56,221 nt of DNA from an uncultured Acidimicrobiaceae bacterium. GTDB taxonomy: Bacteria > Actinomycetota > Acidimicrobiia > Spongiisociales > UBA5794. Position 1 is the first letter of the stretch. The number at the start of each line of letters is the position of its first letter. The notes beneath the pieces were generated by a model. The model was not told the origin of the DNA. It did not search any database and saw nothing but the letters and a program-made list of their open reading frames with translations. Shown here piece after piece: positions 36,660 to 46,894 of the stretch. A program made the translations under genes and the position numbers. The stretch spans positions 1 to 56,221 of the forward strand of contig CAYLVM010000005.1 in NCBI GenBank assembly GCA_964387145.1. The letters are read 5' to 3'.

Positions 36660-36731
36660 TCGTTGGCGGGCCGGCGTATCGAGACAGTCGGGAGAACGAG
36701 CACGAGTTGATGTGCCGATACACTCGCTCAG

Positions 36732-38048
36732 ATGACCGCCCCCTCCGTATGGCTGACGACGCTTGGCTGCTCCAAGAACCAGGTCGACTCCGACAAGATC
36801 TCCTCAGTCCTGGGTGACTCGGGATACGTCGACGCCGATGATCCCGAGACCGCCGACGTCGTGATGGTGAACACGTGTGGGTTCATCGATGCAGCCCGTA
36901 GGGAGTCGATCGAGACGATCCTCGAGCTTGCCGACGCAAAGCGTGACGATGCGAAGCTCGTGGTGATGGGGTGCATGGCGCAACGCTACGAACAGGAACT
37001 CATCGAAGCACTCCCGGAAGCCGATGCGGTGATCGGGCTGTCACGGTACTCCGAACTCGCGGACGAGATCGACACGATGACCGGATGGCACCCGATCCAG
37101 ATCGGTGGCGTGAAACGATCGCACATGGACATCCTCGAGGGCGTTCGGCGACCAACACCCGCAACGCCGTACGCCTACGTGAAGGTTGCGGAAGGATGCA
37201 ACAAGACGTGTGCGTTCTGTGCCATCCCGCTGATCCGCGGCAAGCAACGCTCGAGGGTAGGGGAGGGCATCGTCGCAGAGATCGAGGGGCTCGTTGCCGG
37301 GGGAGTCCAGGAGATCGTCCTCGTCGCACAGGACCTCGCTGCATACGGGAGGGACAACGATGCGGGCTCTATAGAAGATCTCGTGGAGCGAGCGGCGTCT
37401 GTAGAGGGGCTTGCCCGCTTGCGTCTCTACTACCTGTACCCGAAGGAGATCCGGGAAGGTCTCATCGATCTGATGGCGGGTCATAGGACGATCGCCAACT
37501 ACTTCGACCTGTCACTCCAACACTCCTCAGCAACGCTGCTGCGTGCCATGCGCCGGCCCGGGAGCGGCGACGGGCACCGCGACCTCATCGATCGTATCCG
37601 GGTTGCTGCACCCGACGCTGCAACGCGCTCGAGTTTCATCGTCGGCTTCCCAGGTGAAACCGATGACGACGTCGAGGATCTCGCAGGGTTCCTTCGTGAC
37701 GTTCGACTCGACTGGGCAGGGTTCTTCCCCTTTTCACGGGAGGACGGCACGACGGCGGCCACGATGGAGAACCAGGTTCCTGGCAACGTGATCGGCGAGC
37801 GGCTCCGGTACATTCAGAACATCCAGGACGAGATCACCATGGAGAAGAATGCAGCGACGGTCGGATCGACCGTGCGGGTACTCGTCGACCAGGTAGAGGA
37901 TGGCCAGGCGGTCGGCCGATCACATCGCGAGGCTCCCGAGATCGACGGCATGATCCTTCTCGATGACGGGCATCCGGGGGAGTGGGTCAACGCGACGATC
38001 ACGGGTGCCTACGCAACGGACACGACCGCGACCGTGGTCGGCCTGTGA
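36732..38048 (+). CDS. rimO: Ribosomal protein S12 methylthiotransferase
   Basis: LGCSKNQVDS, NTCGFI, GCMAQRY, EGCNKTCAFCAIP, C-terminal TRAM with EAPEIDG. Confidence 0.96.
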   Translation: MTAPSVWLTTLGCSKNQVDSDKISSVLGDSGYVDADDPETADVVMVNTCGFIDAARRESIETILELADAKRDDAKLVVMGCMAQRYEQELIEALPEADAVIGLSRYSELADEIDTMTGWHPIQIGGVKRSHMDILEGVRRPTPATPYAYVKVAEGCNKTCAFCAIPLIRGKQRSRVGEGIVAEIEGLVAGGVQEIVLVAQDLAAYGRDNDAGSIEDLVERAASVEGLARLRLYYLYPKEIREGLIDLMAGHRTIANYFDLSLQHSSATLLRAMRRPGSGDGHRDLIDRIRVAAPDAATRSSFIVGFPGETDDDVEDLAGFLRDVRLDWAGFFPFSREDGTTAATMENQVPGNVIGERLRYIQNIQDEITMEKNAATVGSTVRVLVDQVEDGQAVGRSHREAPEIDGMILLDDGHPGEWVNATITGAYATDTTATVVGL

Positions 38049-39283
38049 ACGTCGAGACCCTTGCCGTTGGAACCGAGCTCCTTCTCGGTCAGATCGTCAA
38101 CACGAACGCAGCGGACATCGCTGTGCGCCTCGCCGACTCTGGAGTGACTCATGTCCGTCAGACCGTCGTTGGAGACAACGCAGCCAGGATGGAGGATGCG
38201 ATACGTGAGGCCGTCGGACGGTCGGATGCACTCGTCATCACCGGGGGCATCGGGCCGACACAGGATGACATCACGAGGGAAGCGGTAGCGGTCGTTGCGG
38301 GTGTTCCCCTCTTCTTCGACGAGGTGTACGCACGAGACATGCGAGCACTGTGGGAGCGGAGGGGCAGGGAGTTTCCCGAGTCGAACCTGCGTCAGGCGTA
38401 CAGGCCGGAGGGTGCCGTTGCGATAGCGAATCCGAAGGGGAGTGCCCCGGGGTTCCGGATCGAGGTCGACGGGTGCTGGATCTTCGCTCTTCCCGGTGTC
38501 CCTGCTGAGATGCGAGGCATGCTCGACGACAGTGTCATGCCGTTCGTACGGAGCCTGGCGGGGGACGACGCGTCTGTCGTCGTGAGTCGGGTGCTCAAGA
38601 GTTGGGGCATGTCGGAGGCCGCGGTCGGAGAGCTCCTGAGCGACCTCTTCGAGGAATCGGAGAACCCGACGGTGGCGTTCCTGGCATCGGCAGGGGTGAT
38701 CAAGGTACGTCTCACGGCTCGAGCTCCCAGCGACGAGGACGCCTACGCTCTGATCGCGCCGCTCGAAGCCGAGGTCCGACGGCGCCTGGGTGATCGCATC
38801 TTCGGCGTGGACGACGACACGATCGAGGGGATCATCCATACGCTCCTGCTCGAACGACGATGGACGATCGCCACCGCTGAGTCTGCCACCGTCGGGATCG
38901 TCGCGTCTCGACTCACGAGCGTGCCAGGGTCGAGTGCCACGTTCCGAGGATCCATCGGTGCCTACGCTCCCGATATCAAAGCGTCGCTGCTCTTCGTATC
39001 CGAGGCGCTGATGCGTGACAAGGGGATCGTCTCACAGGACACAGCATTGGCAATGGCTCGGGGTGTTCGCCGCCGGCTCGGTGCCGACGTCGGTGTGGCC
39101 GTTACCGGTTCCGCCGGTCCAGAACCGCTCGAGGTGGAAGCAGGGACGATGTGTGTCGCCGTCGTGACACCAGGCGTCGAGCGCTCGCGGACGTTCACCA
39201 TGCCGGGAGACCGCGAACGGGTACGTACCTACACCGCAACAGCTGCACTGCATCAGATCCGATTGGCTTTGATGGAATCATGA
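38045..39283 (+). CDS. cinA: Competence/damage-inducible protein CinA (MoCF domain + NMN deamidase)
   Basis: VGTELLLGQIVNTNA, TGGIGPTQDDIT, PGVPAEM, TAESAT, PGSS, TGSAGP. Confidence 0.93.
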   Translation: MNVETLAVGTELLLGQIVNTNAADIAVRLADSGVTHVRQTVVGDNAARMEDAIREAVGRSDALVITGGIGPTQDDITREAVAVVAGVPLFFDEVYARDMRALWERRGREFPESNLRQAYRPEGAVAIANPKGSAPGFRIEVDGCWIFALPGVPAEMRGMLDDSVMPFVRSLAGDDASVVVSRVLKSWGMSEAAVGELLSDLFEESENPTVAFLASAGVIKVRLTARAPSDEDAYALIAPLEAEVRRRLGDRIFGVDDDTIEGIIHTLLLERRWTIATAESATVGIVASRLTSVPGSSATFRGSIGAYAPDIKASLLFVSEALMRDKGIVSQDTALAMARGVRRRLGADVGVAVTGSAGPEPLEVEAGTMCVAVVTPGVERSRTFTMPGDRERVRTYTATAALHQIRLALMES

Positions 39284-39843
39284 ATGACCACGCGTTCCTC
39301 GCTGTCGACCTCACGACGCATGAACGCCACGCGCTCGCTGCTGCACTCCACGACGCAAGCCCTGGACCGCCGGTTCCCGGCAAGCGGCAACCTCCGGAGA
39401 ACTGGCATGTCACGTTGCGGTTCCTCGGCGAGATGTCGGACACGACCGGAGAGCTGCTCATTCGAGAGATCGACGAAGCCATCGACCTCGCACCGGGGCG
39501 GGTGGCGGGCGTCGGTCTTGGCGTGTTCCCGAGACCAGCGAAGGCATCGGTCCTCTACGTTCGTATCGACGATCCGACGGAGCTTCTCAGCCGCCTTGCG
39601 GCGCGCTGCGAGGCAGCCGCCAGGGACGTCGGGTTCTCTCCAGAGGAGCGTCCGTTCGTACCGCATGTGACGCTGTCGCGACTGCGGCCGGCACAGGATC
39701 TGGCCAGCCTCCTCGACGCCTTCGATGACTTCGAGGTCGGGATCGCCGTTACCGGTGTGACGCTGTTCCGTACCCGTCGATCGCGCTCGCGACTGTGGTA
39801 CGAAGCGATCGACTCGGTCGATCTCGTGAGGGTCGTCTCGTGA
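39280..39843 (+). CDS. thpR: RNA 2',3'-cyclic phosphodiesterase (2H family)
   Basis: Two HxT motifs (WHVTLRFLG, PHVTLSR); usual position after cinA. Confidence 0.9.
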   Translation: MNDHAFLAVDLTTHERHALAAALHDASPGPPVPGKRQPPENWHVTLRFLGEMSDTTGELLIREIDEAIDLAPGRVAGVGLGVFPRPAKASVLYVRIDDPTELLSRLAARCEAAARDVGFSPEERPFVPHVTLSRLRPAQDLASLLDAFDDFEVGIAVTGVTLFRTRRSRSRLWYEAIDSVDLVRVVS

Positions 39844-39999
39844 CCGTCAGGTGATGGGATGGTGCCAGGATCCGGGGGTCGCCCGACGGCAGGGATCGGG
39901 GCCCATATCCTCGTCGAGTCCGGTCCCGCCTAGCATGTGCGCGCTGCGCTCCGGGGAGTGGGCGCTGCTGGGAACGGGTTACTCGCCTGGAGGGACGGG

Positions 40000-42900
40000 A
40001 TGCACACCGAGGCGTTGAGAGCGAATCTCGAGAGAACAGCAGTCGCGGTGGTCATCCCCGATGAGCAACTCGTCCTCCTCGAGATCGCTGCCCCCATGTC
40101 TGGCGTCTATCAGAACACCCGGCAACTCCTCGAAGAGATCAATCACCGCTACGTCGGGTGGGCCGACACCATCTCGGAGCTCCACGGCCGCGCGATGCGC
40201 GACTTCTTCTACTACAACGGCCACGTCGATGGCGTGCACGCGCTCGACGTGTACTGCGACCTCTACGACAAGGCTGTTCGAGAGGCCACGCCGATCCCTC
40301 TGCGCGAGGATGCGATCCGGTGGTGGCTTGCGTATCTCGAGAAGATCGTCACAGATTCTGGAGAGGGACTCGAACGCAACCTCGGTGTCGTGCAGCGATC
40401 GATCGCACGGATCTCGGCCCATATTGCAGACGAACCACACCTCGCAGCCCCCGGCTCGGCGCGCTTGCACCGTCTCGCTGCGTCGCTGCACCACAGCGTG
40501 GGCCCGACAGATGTCACGTGCGCTGAAGCGATGGAGCTGCTGCGTGACGTACTCGACCGCGTCTACGTCCGATGGCTCACTCGGGAGGACCCCGCAATGT
40601 GGTATCTGGATCTCATCGGCCCAGATCAGGGAAACAGCACAATCCCCGACGCCATCTCAGCGCTTTCACACGCAACGCTCACAGCGTATCGACGAGACAT
40701 CGCGGCGATGGACACGTCCGTGCCGGCAATGCCCGATGCCGATCGCCTGCTCGGGTTGCCGGATCACCTCGCGATCACGCGTACGTATCTCTTGGCTGCC
40801 GACGAGATCGACCGTCGCGAGGGAACGGCCGACGGATCGGTACACAACCGGGCTCTGTGGCTGTGCTATCTGCTCGGCGAAGAGTTGCTGGCACCCATCC
40901 ATGAGAAGGCGCTCTGGGCGCTTGCCCGCATCAGTCGTGCACTCGTTGCCGACGCTGCGGACGAGACGTTCGAACACTTCGTCGAGGAGGTGTTCACGAC
41001 GCTGCGCGCCGGCGACGACGGCTTCGCATCGGGAGCCCTCGATTTCGTGAGAAGTCTCGGCATGTCAACGATCGATGGCACCCGCCAGGACAGGATCGAC
41101 CTGGTCATGGACGAGATTCTCACGCTGGAGTTCCACCGGCCTGAGTTCGCCGGGTTCACCGACGAGTGGGGTATACGGGTGAACCCCAATCACCTCAAGA
41201 ACATCCGCACGTATCTCGGGATCATCGATACCGATCCATGGCGAGCGCGCCACCTGCTTGCAGGCCTGCTCATCCACCTCGAGACGGGAGGCGTGTTCAT
41301 CGCCGACACCGACCTGTTTCAAAAGGACGTCTCGGAGTTGTTGTCCGCCGACATCGCCCCGGTGTACGACCAGGTGATCCATCTCCTTCGTCGGTTCCCC
41401 GTCTACTTCAACGACATAGGAGCGGAGGGCCAGTTGCGGGCCGTGTCCACCCGCCTCGACGAGATCGATGCTCGTCAGGATCCGATCTGTCACTTCCTGA
41501 GGAAGCAGAGTCACGTCGAGAGCAACCCGATGCTCGTCCCGATCGTTGAACAGGTCGGCGCGTTCTGGGCAAGCGGGGACGGTTCCGTCCTTGCGAAGTA
41601 CCTTCCCGAGGAGGCACACGGAGACCTCGACGTCGAGACGGACCGGTACCTTGGCCTTCACAGCGTCTTTTCTCGCCTCGTGGAGTCGGCTGGCCCGATC
41701 GAGAGACTGTTCCAGATGCCGGTATCGGACGTCCAAGCGCTCGTTGAGGACATGACACAAGAGACGGAACACGACAGGGAGAAGGCGATCCTGCTGTTCC
41801 GCCTTCGCTTCGAACTGGCCCGCAAGTACACGCTGAGCCACGCCGACCTGATGGAACGGTTGATTGCATTTCACGGCGTGTCGACGAGAGTCGTGCGCGG
41901 CATCGAATCCCACATCGATCAAGGAAGGTACCTCCCAGCGATCGACGTGCTCCTTACGATCATGGAAGATCTGAAGCGCCAGGTACTCGACCGCAGACCA
42001 ACACAAGCATCCGAGGAGATCTACCGAAAGCGACACATCGGAACCGGCATACCGTCGATGTACGGGCGCTATCGGGAGGAGAAGCTCGAAGCCGTGGGGC
42101 TCTCCTTTCGGATCGCCTCGCTCGTAGGTGCCCTCCTGGACCGGATGCTTGCAGCCCAGGGATTCGAGACACTCGATGGTGACGCCCTCGCCGATGCAGG
42201 CGACCTGTTGCGGCTGCTCCAGCGGGCGTTGCGCGTCGAAGGGTACGAATCCTGGAATCTCGAGACGACGCTATCGATGTTCGATGAGGCCATCGTCACC
42301 GGAGGCGTAGCTCGCGAAGAGTTCGCAGACATCGTTCGAGCGATCTCGAAGGCAGTGCAGTCGATCGTCCAGGAACGCCTGTTCGAGGGGTATAGCGAGG
42401 TCTTCGGCATCATCGGGCGGCAACTCGCCATCGAGGGCTCCGGCTCAGACGCGGAGCGCGAGAAGGTCGTGATCAGAGCGTACGAGACGTTCCTGCGCAC
42501 CTTGATCGGTGAGAGCCTGGCACTTCAGCGTGTCGACAACATCACGGCACGCCTCCTCGAAGCACTTTCGGATGACACGAAGCCATGGTCGGTCGACGTG
42601 TCCCGTTCGCTGCCGTCCGCTGAATCGGTGGATCTCGTCCCGCTGTCGGGTGGTGACCGATCCAAGGGACGGATATCCCTCGGCAACAAGGGGTTCATGC
42701 TGACACGCCTCGCCGGTTTCGGCTTCCCGATACCACCCGGATTCATCATCACAACCGACCTCTCTCGCAACGCGATCGGGAGGAAGCTCGAAACGATCCC
42801 CGACGAGTTGTTCGACAGGGTCGTTGCGCGAATCGGTGTTCTCGAAGCCGGTGCCCGCGGCCGCTTCGGCGATGAGGACCGCCCGCTGCTGCTCTCTGTA

Positions 42901-44175
42901 CGTGGAGGTGCACCGTTGAGTATGCCCGGCATGCTCGATTCGTTCCTCAACGTGGGCATCAACCCCGACATCGTCGAGGGGTTCGCCTCGACGTCGGGAA
43001 GTCCGTGGGCTGCGTGGGACGCGTATCGCCGCTTCCTGCAGTTCTGGGGGATGAGCCAGGGACTCGATCGAGATCTGTTCGACGATGCTATGTCGGGAGC
43101 CAAGGAAGAGTCCGGTGTTCCGAAGAAGGCGTTCCTGTCGGTACCAAGGATGCGACAACTTGCCTTCGAGTACCGTGCGTTGCTTGCCGACCATGATGTT
43201 CCCGTTGTCGACGAGCCGTTCGCTCAGCTTCGTCGCTGTATCGGCCTCGTTGTCGACTCGTGGAACTCCTCGATGGCGACGATGTATCGCGAGGAGATGG
43301 GGATCTCCCATGGATGGGGCACTGCGGTGATCATCCAGCGAATGGTGTACGGCAATCTCAGTCCCCAGTCGGGTACGGGGGTCGCTCTGGTTCGACGGAG
43401 CGGTTCGAACGGATCGGTCGAGATTGCAGGGGATTATGTGTCTTACGGCCAGGGAGACGACGTCGTCAGCGGCCTCGTCGAGACGTTCCCCGTCAGCAAC
43501 GCACAGCGTACGGACCCGAGGTTGCACACGTTCCGCTCCCTCGAGCGGGACCGCCCTCCCATCTACGCTGAGCTTGCACATCTCGGGCGATCCCTCCTCA
43601 TCGAGTATCGGCTCCCCGACCAGGAGCTCGAGTTCACGTTCGAATCGGAGAGCCCTGCGGATCTCCACGTTCTCCAGGCACGAGAGGCGATCCGTGAACC
43701 CCTCGACGTCGTTGCGACCTTCGTCCAGACCGAGGAGTTGCAGGCGTCGCGAATCGGTGTTGGGATCGGTGTCGGCGGGGGAGCAGGGTGCTACCGCGTC
43801 GCGTTGGATCAGGATGACATCGATCGTCTCAGGAGGGAGCACCCGGACGATCAGATACTGCTCGTCCGGCCCGATACGGTTCCCGACGATATCGAGCTGC
43901 TCATCAACGCAGACGCGCTCCTCACCGCGCTCGGCGGTGCGACGAGCCACGCCGCTGTGGTCGCAAGAACCCTCGGGCGGACGTGCGTCGTGGGATGTCG
44001 CGCCCTACGTGTCTTCGAGCAGGAAGGGTTGGTCGAGATAGGCGGCACAACGCTGCATCCGGGCGATATCGTTTCGGTCAGTGGAGTCGATGGCTCCGTG
44101 TTCGTCGGCAGACAAGCCGTCGAGCTCGCCGAGCACCCACACTGGGTCACCATGGAGATCGGATCACACGAATGA
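40000..44175 (+). CDS. Large PPDK-like dikinase: unknown N-terminal region + ATP-grasp + phospho-His swivel, no PEP-binding barrel
   Basis: LGNKG, PIPPGFII, LLSVRGGAPLSMPGMLD, QRMVYGN, SGTGV, QGDDVVSGL, GGATSHAAVVAR (His codon 43948-43950). The protein ends about 75 aa later. GGAGG RBS before ATG 40000. Confidence 0.85.
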   Translation: MHTEALRANLERTAVAVVIPDEQLVLLEIAAPMSGVYQNTRQLLEEINHRYVGWADTISELHGRAMRDFFYYNGHVDGVHALDVYCDLYDKAVREATPIPLREDAIRWWLAYLEKIVTDSGEGLERNLGVVQRSIARISAHIADEPHLAAPGSARLHRLAASLHHSVGPTDVTCAEAMELLRDVLDRVYVRWLTREDPAMWYLDLIGPDQGNSTIPDAISALSHATLTAYRRDIAAMDTSVPAMPDADRLLGLPDHLAITRTYLLAADEIDRREGTADGSVHNRALWLCYLLGEELLAPIHEKALWALARISRALVADAADETFEHFVEEVFTTLRAGDDGFASGALDFVRSLGMSTIDGTRQDRIDLVMDEILTLEFHRPEFAGFTDEWGIRVNPNHLKNIRTYLGIIDTDPWRARHLLAGLLIHLETGGVFIADTDLFQKDVSELLSADIAPVYDQVIHLLRRFPVYFNDIGAEGQLRAVSTRLDEIDARQDPICHFLRKQSHVESNPMLVPIVEQVGAFWASGDGSVLAKYLPEEAHGDLDVETDRYLGLHSVFSRLVESAGPIERLFQMPVSDVQALVEDMTQETEHDREKAILLFRLRFELARKYTLSHADLMERLIAFHGVSTRVVRGIESHIDQGRYLPAIDVLLTIMEDLKRQVLDRRPTQASEEIYRKRHIGTGIPSMYGRYREEKLEAVGLSFRIASLVGALLDRMLAAQGFETLDGDALADAGDLLRLLQRALRVEGYESWNLETTLSMFDEAIVTGGVAREEFADIVRAISKAVQSIVQERLFEGYSEVFGIIGRQLAIEGSGSDAEREKVVIRAYETFLRTLIGESLALQRVDNITARLLEALSDDTKPWSVDVSRSLPSAESVDLVPLSGGDRSKGRISLGNKGFMLTRLAGFGFPIPPGFIITTDLSRNAIGRKLETIPDELFDRVVARIGVLEAGARGRFGDEDRPLLLSVRGGAPLSMPGMLDSFLNVGINPDIVEGFASTSGSPWAAWDAYRRFLQFWGMSQGLDRDLFDDAMSGAKEESGVPKKAFLSVPRMRQLAFEYRALLADHDVPVVDEPFAQLRRCIGLVVDSWNSSMATMYREEMGISHGWGTAVIIQRMVYGNLSPQSGTGVALVRRSGSNGSVEIAGDYVSYGQGDDVVSGLVETFPVSNAQRTDPRLHTFRSLERDRPPIYAELAHLGRSLLIEYRLPDQELEFTFESESPADLHVLQAREAIREPLDVVATFVQTEELQASRIGVGIGVGGGAGCYRVALDQDDIDRLRREHPDDQILLVRPDTVPDDIELLINADALLTALGGATSHAAVVARTLGRTCVVGCRALRVFEQEGLVEIGGTTLHPGDIVSVSGVDGSVFVGRQAVELAEHPHWVTMEIGSHE

Positions 44176-45440
44176 ACGCTCAAGGAACACGCAGCGACTG
44201 TCTCGGGATCAACGGTCTCGGCCGAATCGGGAAGTTGACGCTTTGGCACCACGTTGCCCGCCGTCACTTCCCCGGCATCGTCGTCAACGTTGGGAGGGAT
44301 GTCGGGCAGGGGATCGAAGCGGTGTGCGGTGCGATCGAACGTGACTCCACCTATGGGGCGATGCATCGCTTCCTCTTCGGCGTCAACGCGGATCCATGTG
44401 TAAGGATCGTCGATGCCGAACGGGGTCTCCTCGACGTTGCCGGTGTGCCAGTCACTGTGCTGCGCGAAGCACGCAACCCGAGGGACATCGATTGGAAGCA
44501 GCACGATGTACGGGTCGTCGTCGACACGACCGGGGTCTTCAACGATCCGACGCGTATCGCCGACGACCCCAAGGGTGCGCTCCGTGGGCACCTCGCAGCC
44601 GGTGCCGAGAAGGTGATCAACAGCGCAGCATTCAAGATCCGTGACGGTGGCCTGTCGATACCCGACGACGCGGTGACGTTGATCGCGGGTATCAACCAGG
44701 ATGTGTTCGACCCGGCACGACACAACCTCATCTCTGCTGCCTCGTGCACGACGACCGCAGTGGCGCACATGCTCAAGCCGTTGCTCGATGCGCTCGGTGC
44801 GTCGAGCATCATGACCGCTGCGATGAGCACCGTGCACGCAGCGACCAACACGCAGCAGGTGCTCGACACGGTCCCTGCCGCAGGTTCTCGAGATCTGCGG
44901 AAGAACCGGAGTGTTCTCAACAGCATCATCCTGACCTCGACGAACGCCACTGCTGCGCTCGAGCAGGTGATGCCAGAGATACGCCAGATCGGCTTCATGG
45001 CTGACTCGGTGCGGGTTCCCGTGCAAACAGGATCGCTGGCGATCCTGAACCTGACCTTCCAATCGACGGTCAACGAGGACGATGAGTCCAGCGTGACGCG
45101 AGAAGTCTTGAACGGCATCTACGCCGACGCCGCTCAAGGCGCCCAGCGGGGACACCTCGTCTACAGCGAGGAGCAGAACGTGCCCGCTGACTTCGTGGGA
45201 TCCCGAGCAGCGGTCGTGCTCGAGGGGAACGAGACGCACACCCGTACCGGGTTCTCCGTCGTGGATCTGACAACGCTTCCGGGGATCAGCGATTCGATCA
45301 TCGACGCACTGCACGAGACGAGCATCAGTGTTCCGGTGACACATGCCAAGCTCTTCGGCTGGTACGACAACGAGTTCGGGAGCTACACGAACATGCTCGG
45401 GGACCTCACGGTCCACGTGCACGAGAGTCTCGACGCATAG
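44172..45440 (+). CDS. Divergent GAPDH-family dehydrogenase (422 aa)
   Basis: GINGLGRIG, DTTGVF, SAASCTTT (catalytic Cys), STVHA, RVPV, WYDNEFG. ATGA overlap with the dikinase. Confidence 0.9.
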   Translation: MNAQGTRSDCLGINGLGRIGKLTLWHHVARRHFPGIVVNVGRDVGQGIEAVCGAIERDSTYGAMHRFLFGVNADPCVRIVDAERGLLDVAGVPVTVLREARNPRDIDWKQHDVRVVVDTTGVFNDPTRIADDPKGALRGHLAAGAEKVINSAAFKIRDGGLSIPDDAVTLIAGINQDVFDPARHNLISAASCTTTAVAHMLKPLLDALGASSIMTAAMSTVHAATNTQQVLDTVPAAGSRDLRKNRSVLNSIILTSTNATAALEQVMPEIRQIGFMADSVRVPVQTGSLAILNLTFQSTVNEDDESSVTREVLNGIYADAAQGAQRGHLVYSEEQNVPADFVGSRAAVVLEGNETHTRTGFSVVDLTTLPGISDSIIDALHETSISVPVTHAKLFGWYDNEFGSYTNMLGDLTVHVHESLDA

Positions 45441-45663
45441 GGATCACCGCTTGGATACCTCCCGGATCCGTCCAGGTACCCGGGTCGGACGCGAAGAGGA
45501 TCAGCGGATAGGTGGATGCGGTCGCTGGGTTTGCAGTGCACAGTTCACCCTTCACATCGAGAAACCCGCACCGTTTCTGGATGCGTGCGCTTGGTCGGCA
45601 AACGGAGAACGGCAAACGGTGTACGACTACTCCCTATCCGCGCGCCTTGGAAATACTCGACAT

Positions 45664-45677
45664 CGAACAGGTGTTCG
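45664..45677. promoter_or_regulatory. LexA (SOS) box upstream of recA
   Basis: CGAACAGGTGTTCG is a perfect CGAAC-N4-GTTCG. Confidence 0.9.
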
Positions 45678-45730
45678 GTTAGCGTATGGGTCACGGCTCG
45701 AATGCCAGGCATGTGATTCGGTCCGTAATC

Positions 45731-45752
45731 TGTCACACACGATTGATACGGT
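45731..45752 (+). promoter_or_regulatory. RecA-NDp / PafBC-like promoter upstream of recA
   Basis: TGTCAC-N10-TACGGT versus the consensus TGTCGG-N10-TA-N3-T. Spacing is exact. Confidence 0.55.
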
Positions 45753-45781
45753 GTTGCAAACACGTCGAAAGGGAAGAGCAG

Positions 45782-46852
45782 ATGGCTTCAGGAGTGAGCG
45801 ATCACGACAAGAACCTCGAGATAGCGATGGCTCAGATCGAGCGTCAGTTTGGTAAGGGGGCCATCATGCGGCTCGGAACCGACCAGATCCGCCGCATGGA
45901 GTTCATCCCGACGGGGGCGTTGTCACTGGACCTCGCACTCGGCATCGGTGGCGTGCCTCGCGGACGGGTCGTCGAGATCTTCGGTCCGGAGTCCTCCGGC
46001 AAGACATCGCTCGCTCTCCACATCATCGCCGAGGCACAGCGAAACGGTGGTACGGCGGCCTTCATCGATGCCGAGCACGCTCTCGACCCGATTTATGCGA
46101 GAGCGATCGGGGTGGATATCGACGAGTTGCTCATCTCCCAGCCAGATACCGGGGAGCAGGCGCTCGAGATCGCCGACATGTTGATCCGTTCGGGAGCCCT
46201 CGACGTCGTCGTGATCGACTCGGTCGCAGCGCTCGTCCCGAGAGCGGAACTCGAGGGTGACATGGGAGACATCCACGTTGGCCTCCAGGCTCGCCTCATG
46301 TCCCAGGCGTTGCGCAAGCTGGCAGGGTCGATCAACCGTTCCAACACCACGGCGATCTTCATCAACCAGATCCGCGAGAAGATAGGGGTGATGTTCGGCT
46401 CACCTGAGACGACCCCCGGTGGTCGGGCGCTCAAGTTCTACGCGAGCGTACGGATAGACATTCGTCGCATCGAGGCGATCAAGGTCGGAACCGAGAACAT
46501 CGGAAACCGTGTACGTACCAAGATCGTCAAGAACAAGGTCGCGCCGCCGTTCCGTCTCGCCGAGTTCGACATCATGTTCGGAGAGGGCATCTCGAGGGAG
46601 GGGAGCCTCATCGACGTTGCCGTCGAGCAGGGCATCGTGCGTAAGGCGGGTGCCTGGTACACCTACGACGGCGATCAGCTGGGTCAGGGACGTGAGAAGG
46701 CCAAGGAGTACCTGCGTCAGAACCCTGAGCTGTCGATGCAACTCCAAGATCAGGTGCTCCGGGCGGTCGGCCTCATCGAGGAGGATGGTGCCGAAGACGG
46801 CGAGTCCGAAGTCGTCGATGCCGAGGAATCCGGGGCTTCCGACAGCGAGTGA
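45782..46852 (+). CDS. recA: Recombinase A
   Basis: [55 protein letters not shown]. Confidence 0.99.
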   Translation: MASGVSDHDKNLEIAMAQIERQFGKGAIMRLGTDQIRRMEFIPTGALSLDLALGIGGVPRGRVVEIFGPESSGKTSLALHIIAEAQRNGGTAAFIDAEHALDPIYARAIGVDIDELLISQPDTGEQALEIADMLIRSGALDVVVIDSVAALVPRAELEGDMGDIHVGLQARLMSQALRKLAGSINRSNTTAIFINQIREKIGVMFGSPETTPGGRALKFYASVRIDIRRIEAIKVGTENIGNRVRTKIVKNKVAPPFRLAEFDIMFGEGISREGSLIDVAVEQGIVRKAGAWYTYDGDQLGQGREKAKEYLRQNPELSMQLQDQVLRAVGLIEEDGAEDGESEVVDAEESGASDSE

Positions 46853-46894
46853 GTCTTTCCCGATTTTCGCGTTCCCGAACGAGGTCGCGTGAGG

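Noticed and set aside
42445-45422. Long antisense ORFs (501 and 523 aa), and many others of 200-360 aa across the window
   Set aside because: They are typical high-GC antisense shadows of well-supported genes and have no recognisable motifs.
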